Below are positions 19,043 through 29,316 of a stretch of 39,161 nt of DNA, one piece after another. This DNA is from Candidatus Micrarchaeota archaeon. Lineage in GTDB: Archaea > Micrarchaeota > Micrarchaeia > Norongarragalinales > SBBD01. The notes beneath the pieces are model-generated. The model had not been told where the DNA came from, searched no databases, and saw nothing but the letters and a program-made list of their open reading frames with translations. Position numbers and translations under genes: made by a program. Each line of letters begins with the position of its first letter. Position 1 is the first letter of the stretch. The stretch lies in assembly GCA_043813365.1 (NCBI GenBank), contig JBDRLB010000040.1:1-39161 (forward strand), written 5' to 3'.

Positions 19043-19300
19043 ATGGTAAAATTCGCAATCGCAAAGCAGCTTGCGGGCAAACGCGTCATCACTACCGATG
19101 GCGAGGAGCTCGGGAGGATAGTTGACCTTTACCTGAGCGAACTCACCGGCAAGCTCGAGAGCGTGCTCGTTGAGCCCAACCCGGACTCCACCCTCGCAGT
19201 AAGGGCGAAGAAGGAGGGCGCCGGCCTGATCACCATCCCGTACTCTGCCGTGCTTGACGTGAAGGATGTGATGGTTGTTGACAGGAGGAATCTCACCTAA
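19043..19300 (+). CDS. PRC-barrel domain protein (CdpB-like)
   Basis: LAGKRVITTDGEELGRIVDL...IPYSAVLDVKDVMVV; AGGTGG RBS. Confidence 0.88.
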   Translation: MVKFAIAKQLAGKRVITTDGEELGRIVDLYLSELTGKLESVLVEPNPDSTLAVRAKKEGAGLITIPYSAVLDVKDVMVVDRRNLT

Positions 19301-19315
19301 TTTCAGGAAGATCAA

Positions 19316-19762
19316 ATGGATCGACGGCGCGACCAGCAGGTCAAGGCCATTGCGGATGCGCTGCGCGCATACCAGACCAATCTTCATTCCCGAATAAGGA
19401 ATCTTAGGGATTTACCCGCGTTCACTGCGCAAACGGATGCCTTCTCAATAAGTCATCCCCATTTTATATCGGCCGACTGGATTTTGAGGGAAAGGAACAA
19501 GATAATCAGTGCCCTTGCAAGGAATGCCCGCTTGCTTGAGAACGTCCACTATAAACTTGTGGTTACGGGAAGGAAAAATCGCGATTCGCGGATGCTGTCC
19601 GGGGGGCTTAGGAAACCGCCCAAGGAGCACCTTACTTTGACGCTCACATTGACGGATCCAACTTTAGCCGATCCAGTTTTCAGGGAATTTGGCAAACCGA
19701 CGCCAATTTCGGAGGAAGAGCAGCGGCGCAAAAAATACATTCGGGAAGTTCTTGGCAGATGA
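19316..19762 (+). CDS. Hypothetical basic protein
   Basis: 148-aa ATG ORF filling the gap between the PRC-barrel gene and polB; no motif recognised. Confidence 0.55.
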   Translation: MDRRRDQQVKAIADALRAYQTNLHSRIRNLRDLPAFTAQTDAFSISHPHFISADWILRERNKIISALARNARLLENVHYKLVVTGRKNRDSRMLSGGLRKPPKEHLTLTLTLTDPTLADPVFREFGKPTPISEEEQRRKKYIREVLGR

Positions 19763-19768
19763 TTGCAT

Positions 19769-22237
19769 TCACCAGTCGCTCAGGCTCTTTTGCTGCCCCT
19801 TCAGCTTCAGGCTGTCCGCATCCATCCCGAAAGCGGACAGGATTTTAAGGACTGCTGGAAGAACCTGGTTGTTGATGTAATAATCCGGATCATAATCCTT
19901 GGCCATTTCCGCAATAGTTGCTTTTTCCGAAATAGTCTTCCCCTGCTTGGTGATGACGTAGCTTATCATGGGCATGTCGTCAAGCACCATTCCGGCCTTC
20001 TTTGCTTTCTGCACAGCGCTTACTTCCGGGGAAATAATATCATACATCCCTGCCTGCTTCTTCAGCTGGGTCATTATGGACAGCTGGTCAAGGTGCACTT
20101 TCCCCGATTTCAGCTCGTCAATTGTATTTTTCGTCAATTCGATCGCCTTCGTCACATCGCCCTCCTTCAATATTATTTCGAGCACCTTCCTTTGCGTATC
20201 CTTGGCTATTTTGCTCCAGTCCCTCCTTACGAGCTCAAACCCGCGGATTTTGATTTTCCCCTCCTTGTTTATGAGCGCGTATTTTTTCTTCGCTCCCTTC
20301 TCCTCCTGCTTTTTGCTCACGAAAATGCCCCGAGGGTAGATGTCCTCCAGCTCGAGTTCCATTGTTTCGGGCAATTCCGAATTGATCGCATGCTGGAAAT
20401 CGTGCACCTTCTTCTCGTCGCTTACCTTTCCGTAAAGTATGAAAATGGAATCCGTGTCCCCGTAAAGCACCTCGAATCCCGCCTCCTTCGCCTTTTCCAT
20501 CGTTTTCTGGATGTATTCGCGTGCATATGCCGTAACCGATTCGCCCGCCTCCCTCGAGTAGTAGCGCGAACGCGCATAAAGCAGGTATCCGTACATGGAG
20601 TTAGCGACAATTTTCAACGCCCACTGCCTTGCATCCATCTGCCGGTACTCCACGCTCTCCGATTTCCCCTCCTTCTTCATTTTTTTCATTTTGTCCTTTA
20701 TCTGGAAGCGCGCGTTCAGCACGTTCTGCAGCACCCTTGGCACCAATCCTTTTTTTCTTTTGCAGAATTTATGCCCCTGCGGGGAAACGAATGCCTCCTC
20801 CTTTGAGCAGCACTTGCAATTCAGCGTGGAGGAATCGATGTTATGGGAAATAATGATGGAAGGATACAGGCTCCTGAAATCAAGCACTGCAATGTTTTCA
20901 TACACTCCGGGGTTTGGCAATTTTACAAATGCGCCCTCGACGGGATTAGCTGAGCGCTTCTGCACTTCCTCATACCTCGGCTTGCTCAAAATGATCTCCC
21001 CGCTGTTGAACGCCTCACGCATCAAAAGCATTTCAACAAGCTGCCCGGAAGTGCTCCTGCTGGCATCGAAAATTGTCATTCCGGTGAGCCTCGATAATTC
21101 AGTTTCAAGCGGGAGCACATGGTTTGCAAGCCTGAACGCCGCAACCGCATCGTTTTCGCAATAATCCGCCAGATGGTTCAGTTTCTGGGGGTCGTTCGAG
21201 TCCCACACCCTCCAAATATCCTCCTTCCTGACGTCCAACTTCTTCCCTCCCAAAATTTCCATGTATGCGACTTCCAGCGTCAGCCTTGGCAGTTTGTAAG
21301 CGCCGATCACATTCAGGAAAGAAACCACGGGAAAAACGTCGAAATGTATGCGGCCGTTCAATGAAGTTTGGGAGCGGATCCCCAGCGATTTGCTTTTAGG
21401 CGGCGCCCTGTCCCTTCCGAGGTGCATTTCCGCCCTCGTTGCTTTCGCGCGGTCCCTCAGGTACGGGAGGTCGAACTGGTCGCCATTGTATGTTGCAATG
21501 AAATCGACCTGCTTTTTCTTCAGGAACAATGCGAATTTTTCCAGCATCTCCTTTTCTGTTGGGAAAATTTCCGTGTTTGATTCGCGGACTTTTTTCTGGA
21601 AAGTGAAAATGCCTTTTTCGCCCTCATCCGCCCATCCAAGCATTATCACGGGGTCCGCCATCGGGTTCGGGACGGTTTTCGGGTTATAGGTTTCGATGTC
21701 CAGCCCCATCATATTAAGCGGGACCTCTGAATAATGCTCCTCCTTCACCTGATGGATTTTATTTATCATCCGATTGTCTCCAAGCTCGATTTCAACAAGC
21801 CCCATCGGCGTGAGCGCCTTGTCAATAAGGTACCTTTTCGTATATGATATCCCGTGCTCGAACGTCTCCCCGAATCTCTTCACTTCCTCCCGCATTTTGG
21901 TGACGTCAGAGGGATGCTGGCAAATCACCTTCAAAAAATCCTGCTCTTCCAGAAGTAATTTTCGCTTCGCCAATTCGACCCTTTTAATTTTTACCTCCTT
22001 CCCCCTGTCGAAAGAGCGCAATTTTGAAACCTCGTCCCGAATCCGATTGATTTCATCCGGACTCCCATCAGCCTTGAGGAAAAAATACGGCTCGAAATTA
22101 GAATCGTATGCCCGGAATGTTTTTTTTGTTTCCGCATCCTTCAAAAGGAGCCTGAGGAGCGATGTGCTGTTCTTCATCACGTACCCGACGTCGAGGAGAT
22201 ATGCGCGCTTCGTTGATGCCATTAGAATCAAATCCAT
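19769..22237 (-). CDS. polB: Family B DNA polymerase (archaeal PolB3-like)
   Basis: Exo motifs DIET and YNGDQFD, YCEND; polymerase motifs DFRSLYPSII, KIVANSMYGY, YGDTDS, KKKYA; alternative start at 22222. No intein. Confidence 0.97.
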   Translation of the reverse strand: MDLILMASTKRAYLLDVGYVMKNSTSLLRLLLKDAETKKTFRAYDSNFEPYFFLKADGSPDEINRIRDEVSKLRSFDRGKEVKIKRVELAKRKLLLEEQDFLKVICQHPSDVTKMREEVKRFGETFEHGISYTKRYLIDKALTPMGLVEIELGDNRMINKIHQVKEEHYSEVPLNMMGLDIETYNPKTVPNPMADPVIMLGWADEGEKGIFTFQKKVRESNTEIFPTEKEMLEKFALFLKKKQVDFIATYNGDQFDLPYLRDRAKATRAEMHLGRDRAPPKSKSLGIRSQTSLNGRIHFDVFPVVSFLNVIGAYKLPRLTLEVAYMEILGGKKLDVRKEDIWRVWDSNDPQKLNHLADYCENDAVAAFRLANHVLPLETELSRLTGMTIFDASRSTSGQLVEMLLMREAFNSGEIILSKPRYEEVQKRSANPVEGAFVKLPNPGVYENIAVLDFRSLYPSIIISHNIDSSTLNCKCCSKEEAFVSPQGHKFCKRKKGLVPRVLQNVLNARFQIKDKMKKMKKEGKSESVEYRQMDARQWALKIVANSMYGYLLYARSRYYSREAGESVTAYAREYIQKTMEKAKEAGFEVLYGDTDSIFILYGKVSDEKKVHDFQHAINSELPETMELELEDIYPRGIFVSKKQEEKGAKKKYALINKEGKIKIRGFELVRRDWSKIAKDTQRKVLEIILKEGDVTKAIELTKNTIDELKSGKVHLDQLSIMTQLKKQAGMYDIISPEVSAVQKAKKAGMVLDDMPMISYVITKQGKTISEKATIAEMAKDYDPDYYINNQVLPAVLKILSAFGMDADSLKLKGQQKSLSDW

Positions 22238-22282
22238 TAGAACGCGAAGATATTAAATTGGTGCATTGGATGGGGAAAAAAA

Positions 22283-22411
22283 TCATTCGCCCATCATGTA
22301 GCCGTATGAGATGATGAAGTTCGCAACACCGAGGAACCAGTGCACACTGAGGAAAAGTATCGCGCTAATCACAAGCGCGAACATGAAAAAACTATCCTTT
22401 CCCATGGGCAT
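22283..22411 (-). CDS. Small single-pass membrane protein (about 42 aa)
   Basis: MPMGKDSFFMFALVISAILFLSVHWFLGVANFIISYGYMMGE; strongly hydrophobic; start uncertain (22405/22411/22417). Confidence 0.4.
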   Translation of the reverse strand: MPMGKDSFFMFALVISAILFLSVHWFLGVANFIISYGYMMGE

Positions 22412-22725
22412 ATGCATCGCGGATTTTCCATTATTTGCTCTTCCCTGCTTAATATTTTTTTCGGTATGCCTAAAAATGTACATTTTTTTGATCGAAGGCC
22501 CGCACAAATCCGATTCTGCAACATTTAGCTGGATTTGCGCAATTTTTTTGCGGTTTCCGGAAAGCCTCTGGGTAAAAATACCATACCTTGTGACCACCGT
22601 AGGGGAAAAACACAATTATTCCGATTTTTCCGTCTCCGTAATGCAAAAGTATTTAAAGGTATTCTGTTAATTTGTTGATGAAACACAATTTATCCTAAAT
22701 TAAGGTTTTTGGCGAGGCGATACCC

Positions 22726-23790
22726 ATGGAAAGCATAATCAAATCTGCCCTTCAGTCAGCTCCTACTGGAGTCCGCGGCGAGGAATTCGAGCACATCAAG
22801 ATTGCCGTCATCGGAGTCGGGGGAGGCGGCAACAACACCGTGAACCGCCTGAGGAAACTCGGCGTGAAAGGAGCGGACCTTATTGCTTGCAACACCGACA
22901 GGCAGCACCTGAACATCGTTGAGGAGGGCGTGAGAAAATTCCTGATCGGGAAATCAGTTACGAAGGGCCTTGGGGCAGGCGGCTACCCGGAAGTAGGCGC
23001 AAAATGCGCGGAAATGGACCGGGATGAAATCCGCAGGGCAATTGAGGGCTCGCATTTGGTATTCATTTGCGCAGGCATGGGCGGCGGCACCGGGACTGGC
23101 GCAGCGCCGATCATTGCTGAAATCGCAAAGGAGATGGGCGCAATTGTCGTTGCAATGGTAACTTACCCGTTCGCCCTTGAAAGGGCAAGGGTATCCAAAG
23201 CGGAAGACGGGCTTGCGCGCCTGAGAAACGTTGCGGATTCCGTAATCATACTGGATAACAACAGGCTCGTACAGATTGTGCCGAACCTTCCAATGAACCA
23301 GGCGTTCCTGGTTGCTGATGAAATACTTGCAAAGGCAATTGGCGGGCTGGTTTTCACGATTACACAGCCTTCGCTTGTCAATATCGACTTCGCGGACGTG
23401 CGCTCCATAATGGGCGCTGGCGATGTCGGGATGATTGCTGTTGGGAGCGGAAAAGGGCCCAACAAGGTCGATGATGCAGTTGAAGGGGTAATGAAAAACC
23501 GCTTGCTGGATGTTGATTTTGCGGGCGCAAAGGGCGCCCTGATCCACATTGCCGGAGGTGCCGACCTTACCCTCGGTGATGCAATCCGCGCCGGAGAGAG
23601 GATAACCGAGCAGATGGATGCACGCGCTTCGGTCAAATGGGGTGCAAGGCTCCTGCCTGACTTCGATGGCAAGCTGGAAATTGTCGCAATAGTAACGGGC
23701 GTCACTTCCCCCCATATAGTTGGGAGGGAGTACGGCGTAAAGAAGGAACCGGCAAAGGAGCTCGGCTACGATATCGAAGTCATAGGATAA
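22726..23790 (+). CDS. ftsZ: Cell division protein FtsZ (first copy)
   Basis: [26 protein letters not shown]7 loop NIDFAD. Confidence 0.97.
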   Translation: MESIIKSALQSAPTGVRGEEFEHIKIAVIGVGGGGNNTVNRLRKLGVKGADLIACNTDRQHLNIVEEGVRKFLIGKSVTKGLGAGGYPEVGAKCAEMDRDEIRRAIEGSHLVFICAGMGGGTGTGAAPIIAEIAKEMGAIVVAMVTYPFALERARVSKAEDGLARLRNVADSVIILDNNRLVQIVPNLPMNQAFLVADEILAKAIGGLVFTITQPSLVNIDFADVRSIMGAGDVGMIAVGSGKGPNKVDDAVEGVMKNRLLDVDFAGAKGALIHIAGGADLTLGDAIRAGERITEQMDARASVKWGARLLPDFDGKLEIVAIVTGVTSPHIVGREYGVKKEPAKELGYDIEVIG

Positions 23791-23950
23791 TTTTCATTCA
23801 GGGGTTTTCCCCAATGTTATTTTTTCATGGAACCGCGCAGCGTTTTGCTGCCTCACCCGCATCATGTTTTTGCCTTTTCGGGCTAAAACCGCAGGCAATA
23901 ATCGCTTGCATATATCGTTGATTTGTCGGTACCCACCGGAGGATGAGAGA

Positions 23951-25027
23951 ATGGATAGTTTGATAGCCGATGCACTGAAATACAGTGCACACGAGAAGCT
24001 CCCCGAAGAGGGGAAGCAGTTCGCTCCCGCGAAACTGAAAATCTCAGTCGTAGGGGTAGGAGGCGCAGGCACGAATTGTGTCTCAAGGCTCAGCAAAATG
24101 GGCATCACAAGCGCCGAGACGATTGCCATCAATACCGATGCCAATCACCTGAGGCTCGTGGACGCAAACCGGAAGCTTCTGATCGGCGCATCCATGACCA
24201 AGGGCCTTGGCGCAGGGGGATTCCCCGAAGTGGGGGCAAAGGCAGCCGAATCCGCAAGGGACAAGCTGACTGAAGTTCTCAAGGACTCCGAATTGGTCTT
24301 TATTACCGCTGGAATGGGAGGCGGCACCGGAACCGGCGCTGCGCCTATAGTTGCAGAAATAGCAAAGAAGCAGGGAGCGATTACGGTCGGAATGGTCACC
24401 TTCCCGTTCGCGCTTGAACGCGCAAGGCTGGAAAAGGCGGACTCCGGGCTGGAAAGGCTCAGTGAAGTGTGCGATACCGTTGTTATAATAGATAACAATA
24501 AGCTCGTGCAGTTCGTTCCGAACCTTCCGATGAACCAGGCGTTCGCAGTTGCGGACACGCTGGTTGCTAAGGCAGTCAAGGGCATTGCGGATACCGTGAT
24601 GCTACCATCGCTGATGAACATTGACTTTGCCGACCTTCGGATGATCATGGGCAATGCGGGTACCGCCATGATATCCATCGGGGAGGCGAGCGGCACCGAC
24701 CGCGTGCAGCAGGCAATCCAGAGCACACTGGAGCACCCGCTGCTTGATGTCGACTATGCCGGTTCGAAGGGCGCGCTCATCCTGATCAACGGCGGTCCCC
24801 AGCTTACCCTGGGAGAGGCTGTGAAGATCGGTGAGGGCATTACTGCCGCATTCGACAGCAAGGCGTACGTGAAATGGGGCGCGAGGATCTCTCCGGATTT
24901 GGGGGACAAGATCATCGTGACCGCCGTAGTAACGGGCGTCACTTCGCCCAACGTGATCAAGCACGAGGAGAAGAAGAAGCAGGCTGTGAAGGAATCCCTC
25001 GGATTGGAGAACATCAATTTCATCTGA
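23951..25027 (+). CDS. ftsZ: Cell division protein FtsZ (second copy)
   Basis: [29 protein letters not shown] 23951 after GGAGG; start matches the N-terminus of the first copy. Confidence 0.96.
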   Translation: MDSLIADALKYSAHEKLPEEGKQFAPAKLKISVVGVGGAGTNCVSRLSKMGITSAETIAINTDANHLRLVDANRKLLIGASMTKGLGAGGFPEVGAKAAESARDKLTEVLKDSELVFITAGMGGGTGTGAAPIVAEIAKKQGAITVGMVTFPFALERARLEKADSGLERLSEVCDTVVIIDNNKLVQFVPNLPMNQAFAVADTLVAKAVKGIADTVMLPSLMNIDFADLRMIMGNAGTAMISIGEASGTDRVQQAIQSTLEHPLLDVDYAGSKGALILINGGPQLTLGEAVKIGEGITAAFDSKAYVKWGARISPDLGDKIIVTAVVTGVTSPNVIKHEEKKKQAVKESLGLENINFI

Positions 25028-25035
25028 GTTCTCCC

Positions 25036-25062
25036 TTTTTTTATTTTTTATTTTCTTTTTTT
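25036..25062 (+). terminator. Oligo-T archaeal terminator after the ftsZ pair
   Basis: TTTTTTTATTTTTTATTTTCTTTTTTT starting 9 nt after the stop codon. Confidence 0.6.
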
Positions 25063-25215
25063 GGGCAATTTTACTTTTTCTACTTGACTTTGAATATTTT
25101 ACATTAAAAATAAAGTTTATGCACAAACATCCTGCTTTTATCCAATAAATAGATTTAAATACTGCCTAATTATACTCATTTTCGTGTATACTAATTTTAT
25201 GCCAGGTGGTCTGCC

Positions 25216-27141
25216 GTGAACAGAATTGCCATATACCTGATAGCTCTAATAATACTTGCGGGATTCGTTTCCGCTGCTGATTTCAATGCTTTTACCGTCA
25301 CGGCATCGAGTTCCACTGTCGGTGCCACCGCAGTCTATAACCTCACCATCAATGTAACAAACGATTTCTACAATTCGAGCAATGTCTCGATTTATTTCCC
25401 AGCGAGTTTCAATGTCAGCCTTGCCGAGGTAACGTCTTCTGCCGGGCTTGGAGCCAATGGCATTACCACTGTAACTGGCCAGGAGGTCAAATTCACCTAT
25501 GATAATGCGACGATTGCCGCAGCGACAGAAATCTCCCTAGGCATTTCGTGGGTGGTCAACAGGCAGACAACCGGCGCATTCAACATTTCGGCACAGATAA
25601 ACAACGAAACCGATGATTATTTCCTTGACGGCGGCGGCTCCAACATCATGAACCTTGCGCCTGGAACGACACATTATATTATACAGACCTATTCCAGCAC
25701 AACGCCGACTGCAGGGGAATCAATTACCGGCCAATTCGTTGCACTTGACAAATATGGCAACGAGAGATCTGACTTTTTCAACTATACATCAACCGACACT
25801 TTGGCGACTTTCACAAACGGGACTGCAAACAACACAATCGGCATCTTCAACCTCAGGACTGCCGGTTCGCCCTTGATAAGGGTTATCAGTAATTATAATT
25901 CAAGTGCCCAGAACACGACTGCTTTCTCCGTTACAGCAGAAGCAACTCCCGCGTTCATCACGTTGGCGACGTTTCCCAGCACTGCGACTGCCGGAGTTAA
26001 CTTTACGGGCAGCTTCAACTCAACCGACCGGTTCGGGAACCTTATCAGTGACACGTACGATTTTTATTCCAGCGATGCTTCAGCGGTGCTTCCGGAGAAC
26101 AATACGGTCACAAACGGCGGCAGCCAGGGCGCATTCCAGTTGCGCACTTCAGGGGAGCAGACGATTTCCGTAGTTTCACACTCCAACACATCGATCACCA
26201 ATGTGTCGACGTTCCTCATCAACGCCTCGACCGTTACCAAGGTCCTTCTCAGCCCCATGGCTCCAACACTTGCTTTCGGAGGGACGCAGAAGTTCACTGC
26301 CACGGCTGTTGACGCATATGGCAACACTAACACAACAATCACAGGCAATTATACCCATTTGGTGTATTCATGGACCAACCTTACTGGAAATGGAACGCTG
26401 AATTCCAGCGGCTTCTTTACATCCGTTTCAGCAGGCATAGTCAATGTTGTGGTCAATTTCTCCGGGGTTACCAATACCACCAACGTCACAATTAATGCAG
26501 CTGCCACACCCACGCCCACTCCCGCAATCGTCAATTCCATATCTGGAGGGAACGTTTATGACGATGTTCCGCAATCGACCGTTACCCCAACACCAACTGC
26601 TTCTGCGACTCCTTCGGCAATACCCGCCAAGACGGTCGTTATGGATGAATATTCATCCGCAACCGCCACATTCGGAACATCGAGCACCTCACTGGACCTT
26701 TCATACACTGCTGGCAGGAACGGCTTTGCGGGCACGGTTTCCTATTCGCTCCCGCTTGATTACGATGAAGTGAAGGATAAAATCAGCTGCACTCCCAGCT
26801 GCAAAATCACGCGCGGTAGCGTAATCATCACTTGGGATGTGAGCCTGCAGCCAAACCAGGAGTTCAGGGGGACTGTTGTTGTCCAAAAGCCGATTGAGCC
26901 AGCAGTGATCACGAAAATACCTGCACCAGTTACGAAACTTTCGCAGCCAACAGTTAAGCCGACCTCTATTGCAACGGCCGTGCCTAGCAAAATGGCGACC
27001 GGCAATGTTGTCGGATCCGATTACACCCCGTCCTCCAGTGGAGACGGCAATTCGCTCTTCCTTTGGATCGTCGTAATAGGGCTGCTTGTAGGTGGCTGGG
27101 TCTACTTCAACAGCACCAAGAAAAAAGGGAAAGAGCACTAA
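25216..27141 (+). CDS. Secreted, C-terminally anchored surface glycoprotein (Ig-like beta repeats)
   Basis: Signal peptide; Thr/Ser/Asn-rich with many N-x-S/T sequons; repeated D(K/R/A)(Y/F)GN units; Pro/Thr linkers; C-terminal TM plus basic tail. Confidence 0.8.
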   Translation: MNRIAIYLIALIILAGFVSAADFNAFTVTASSSTVGATAVYNLTINVTNDFYNSSNVSIYFPASFNVSLAEVTSSAGLGANGITTVTGQEVKFTYDNATIAAATEISLGISWVVNRQTTGAFNISAQINNETDDYFLDGGGSNIMNLAPGTTHYIIQTYSSTTPTAGESITGQFVALDKYGNERSDFFNYTSTDTLATFTNGTANNTIGIFNLRTAGSPLIRVISNYNSSAQNTTAFSVTAEATPAFITLATFPSTATAGVNFTGSFNSTDRFGNLISDTYDFYSSDASAVLPENNTVTNGGSQGAFQLRTSGEQTISVVSHSNTSITNVSTFLINASTVTKVLLSPMAPTLAFGGTQKFTATAVDAYGNTNTTITGNYTHLVYSWTNLTGNGTLNSSGFFTSVSAGIVNVVVNFSGVTNTTNVTINAAATPTPTPAIVNSISGGNVYDDVPQSTVTPTPTASATPSAIPAKTVVMDEYSSATATFGTSSTSLDLSYTAGRNGFAGTVSYSLPLDYDEVKDKISCTPSCKITRGSVIITWDVSLQPNQEFRGTVVVQKPIEPAVITKIPAPVTKLSQPTVKPTSIATAVPSKMATGNVVGSDYTPSSSGDGNSLFLWIVVIGLLVGGWVYFNSTKKKGKEH

Positions 27142-27310
27142 ACTTCCCTTTTTGTGCATTTTTCTGTGCATATGTGTTTTGTTCCCTAGTCGGCCATTTT
27201 CAATTGGTTGTATGCCTCCGCGTTTTTCCAAACAATCAAACCGAAAAGTATTTATAGGAAGGTTGCTTTTTTTGCTTAATCCCACCAATAATCGAATAAT
27301 AGGTGTTCGT

Positions 27311-29038
27311 ATGAATGCGTTGAGGCTATTGCTTTTCTCTGCCGTCCTTGTTGGAATGTTCGCAACATCCGTTCCCGCACCGGAAGGGGATGCGGCCGTA
27401 CCGAACCTTATAAGCGCAAATGACCGGATGCCCGCCATTCCAAGCCTATATGCCAAACCTGTAATTACCGATGAGCTCGCAAAATGCCGCCTCATGACAA
27501 CAGAAACCGATAGGGCAGTGTGCCTGAGGAGGATTGGCGCCACCGATAATGAATTGCTCCCTTTCCAGAGATGCAAATTGCTCTCAGATGACGATTCGCG
27601 CGCGAGATGCATTGAAGGCATCCGGGAAAATGTGCTGAATTCGCTGCCCGAAACGCAGCTAAGGGCGTGCGCTGCCATTCTCGGCGAAGCTGAACGGGAA
27701 AGATGCAAGCTCGCTGTTGCGAAACCTGCTGTTGCGCCCGGAAAATTATGTGAAAAATTCACCGACGCGGAAGATATAAAGCAGTGCAGGCTCGCACTCA
27801 CCGAGGGCATTGAAGCGGGCGTCACCTTGAGGGAAACCGCATATGCGTGCGTTGAAAAATTCGGGAATGATGTCGAGGGAAAGATTGCCTGCATGCGGAG
27901 GATCCAGAACGAAGTAATGGCTATCAAGCTCGATTGCTCGGTTTACACAAATTCTGACCTGAAGGGAAGGTGTGAGGTTTGCTCTTCTTTGGCGGATGCC
28001 GAGGAGCGCAGCGCCTGCGTAAACCGGATGGGGGAATGCCGCCAGAAATTCGAGGAAAAGGACAAGGATGCACTAAAGGCGTGCATCATGGAGCTCAAGA
28101 ACGACGACGAGCGCGAGAACCGCTGCAAGAACATAGGGGACGCGGACCTAAAGGCGGAATGCCTGCGTACCGAATACGGGCTGCATGGCCTTAAGTCATG
28201 CGGCGACAGGAACGGAACAACAAATGCAAGCTGCGTCGCAGAGCGAAAGGAGAAAACCGAGGAGTACATCGGGATGCAGCTGCGCATGTTGCAGAATGCG
28301 ATCGACAAATTGGAGGCGAACGGATACCTGACGCAGGAGCAGATAACTGCAATCAAGGAGTATGTTGCGGAAAAGAGAACCGAATTTGAAAATGCGCAAA
28401 CCGCGGAACAAAAGCGTGCGATCATAAAGGAAGTCCTCCAGAGATGGGAGCAATTCCGGAAAAACCAGCTGTTCCAGTATCATATGGGGGAGATCAACAA
28501 ACGCGTTGAAATTATCCAGAACAAGATTGGGAAGGTCAGGGAATTGGGTGCAAAACTGAAGGAAGCAGGCAAGGATACTTCCAAGCTGGATGAGGCCATA
28601 TCGAAAGTGGATGCGGTGATCGCGGAATTGAAGAACTCCAAGACCTTCAAGGAGGCGCAAACCGGGCTCAACTCCCTGCAGGCATACGTTGCGCATCTGA
28701 TGAAAGTTGTCGCATACATCAGGGAGGGCAAGCCACTGACCGAGATTCCGAACCCCACAATAAAGCCCAAGCCAACAGAGAAGCCCAAAGAGGAGAAATA
28801 CCGCACCGAAATCTGCGACCAAGCGTCAAGCCCTGAAAACAAGGAGATTTGCCTCGGGAACCTGATGCTGATGTACCGGGCGATAACCAATTCCGACCAG
28901 TTGCAATGCACCGAACTTTCCGATCCGGATCTTAAGGCCGGCTGCCCGGAATGGGTCCTGGATTATAAGAATTACAATGCATGGTATGAAAAATACTACT
29001 ATGCCTTGATTGATCCCAACAAACCCGAAGGCGAATAA
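27311..29038 (+). CDS. Secreted Cys-pair repeat / coiled-coil protein
   Basis: Signal peptide from ATG 27311 (AGGTG RBS); 24 Cys in 12 pairs, mostly C-x11-C; central helical coiled-coil region. Confidence 0.78.
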   Translation: MNALRLLLFSAVLVGMFATSVPAPEGDAAVPNLISANDRMPAIPSLYAKPVITDELAKCRLMTTETDRAVCLRRIGATDNELLPFQRCKLLSDDDSRARCIEGIRENVLNSLPETQLRACAAILGEAERERCKLAVAKPAVAPGKLCEKFTDAEDIKQCRLALTEGIEAGVTLRETAYACVEKFGNDVEGKIACMRRIQNEVMAIKLDCSVYTNSDLKGRCEVCSSLADAEERSACVNRMGECRQKFEEKDKDALKACIMELKNDDERENRCKNIGDADLKAECLRTEYGLHGLKSCGDRNGTTNASCVAERKEKTEEYIGMQLRMLQNAIDKLEANGYLTQEQITAIKEYVAEKRTEFENAQTAEQKRAIIKEVLQRWEQFRKNQLFQYHMGEINKRVEIIQNKIGKVRELGAKLKEAGKDTSKLDEAISKVDAVIAELKNSKTFKEAQTGLNSLQAYVAHLMKVVAYIREGKPLTEIPNPTIKPKPTEKPKEEKYRTEICDQASSPENKEICLGNLMLMYRAITNSDQLQCTELSDPDLKAGCPEWVLDYKNYNAWYEKYYYALIDPNKPEGE

Positions 29039-29051
29039 CCTGGTGATATGA

Positions 29052-29306
29052 ATGAAAAACATTGTGATTGCTTTATTGCTTTGCGGAGTTGTGCTATTCG
29101 GCTGCACCGGCCCGGGCCCCCAGCCGACTTCCAAACCTACCGAGTTGCCAACAGAAAAGCCCGTTGCGACAGTTTCAATAGGCCCGGATATTGAAAAAGG
29201 TCTGCAATCGGATGCGGATTCAATGAAGGAATTGGAGGAGCTTACGAAGGAAATCGATTCCTCAGGCTCACAAATAACTGATGAGGATTTAAACAACCTA
29301 GGTTAA
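29052..29306 (+). CDS. Small lipoprotein
   Basis: MKNIVIALLLCGVVLFG-C lipobox-like signal; Pro/Thr linker; acidic helix. Confidence 0.75.
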   Translation: MKNIVIALLLCGVVLFGCTGPGPQPTSKPTELPTEKPVATVSIGPDIEKGLQSDADSMKELEELTKEIDSSGSQITDEDLNNLG

Positions 29307-29316
29307 TCATATTTAT

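Noticed and set aside
19763..20806. 347-aa plus-strand ORF and other long antisense ORFs (13144-14073, 16143-16943, 22954-23715, 26701-27927)
   Set aside because: They lie opposite well-supported genes (polB, copA, smc, ftsZ, surface proteins) and reflect codon bias.
22440..22720. Intergenic region with imperfect inverted repeats between polB and ftsZ, as a possible replication origin
   Set aside because: No repeated ORB-like boxes and no cdc6/orc1 nearby; consistent with divergent promoters.
23791..23950. Short hairpins between the ftsZ genes, and the 29-codon N-terminal extension of the ORF from 23864
   Set aside because: Hairpins are short and unlinked; the RBS and paralog alignment support ATG 23951.
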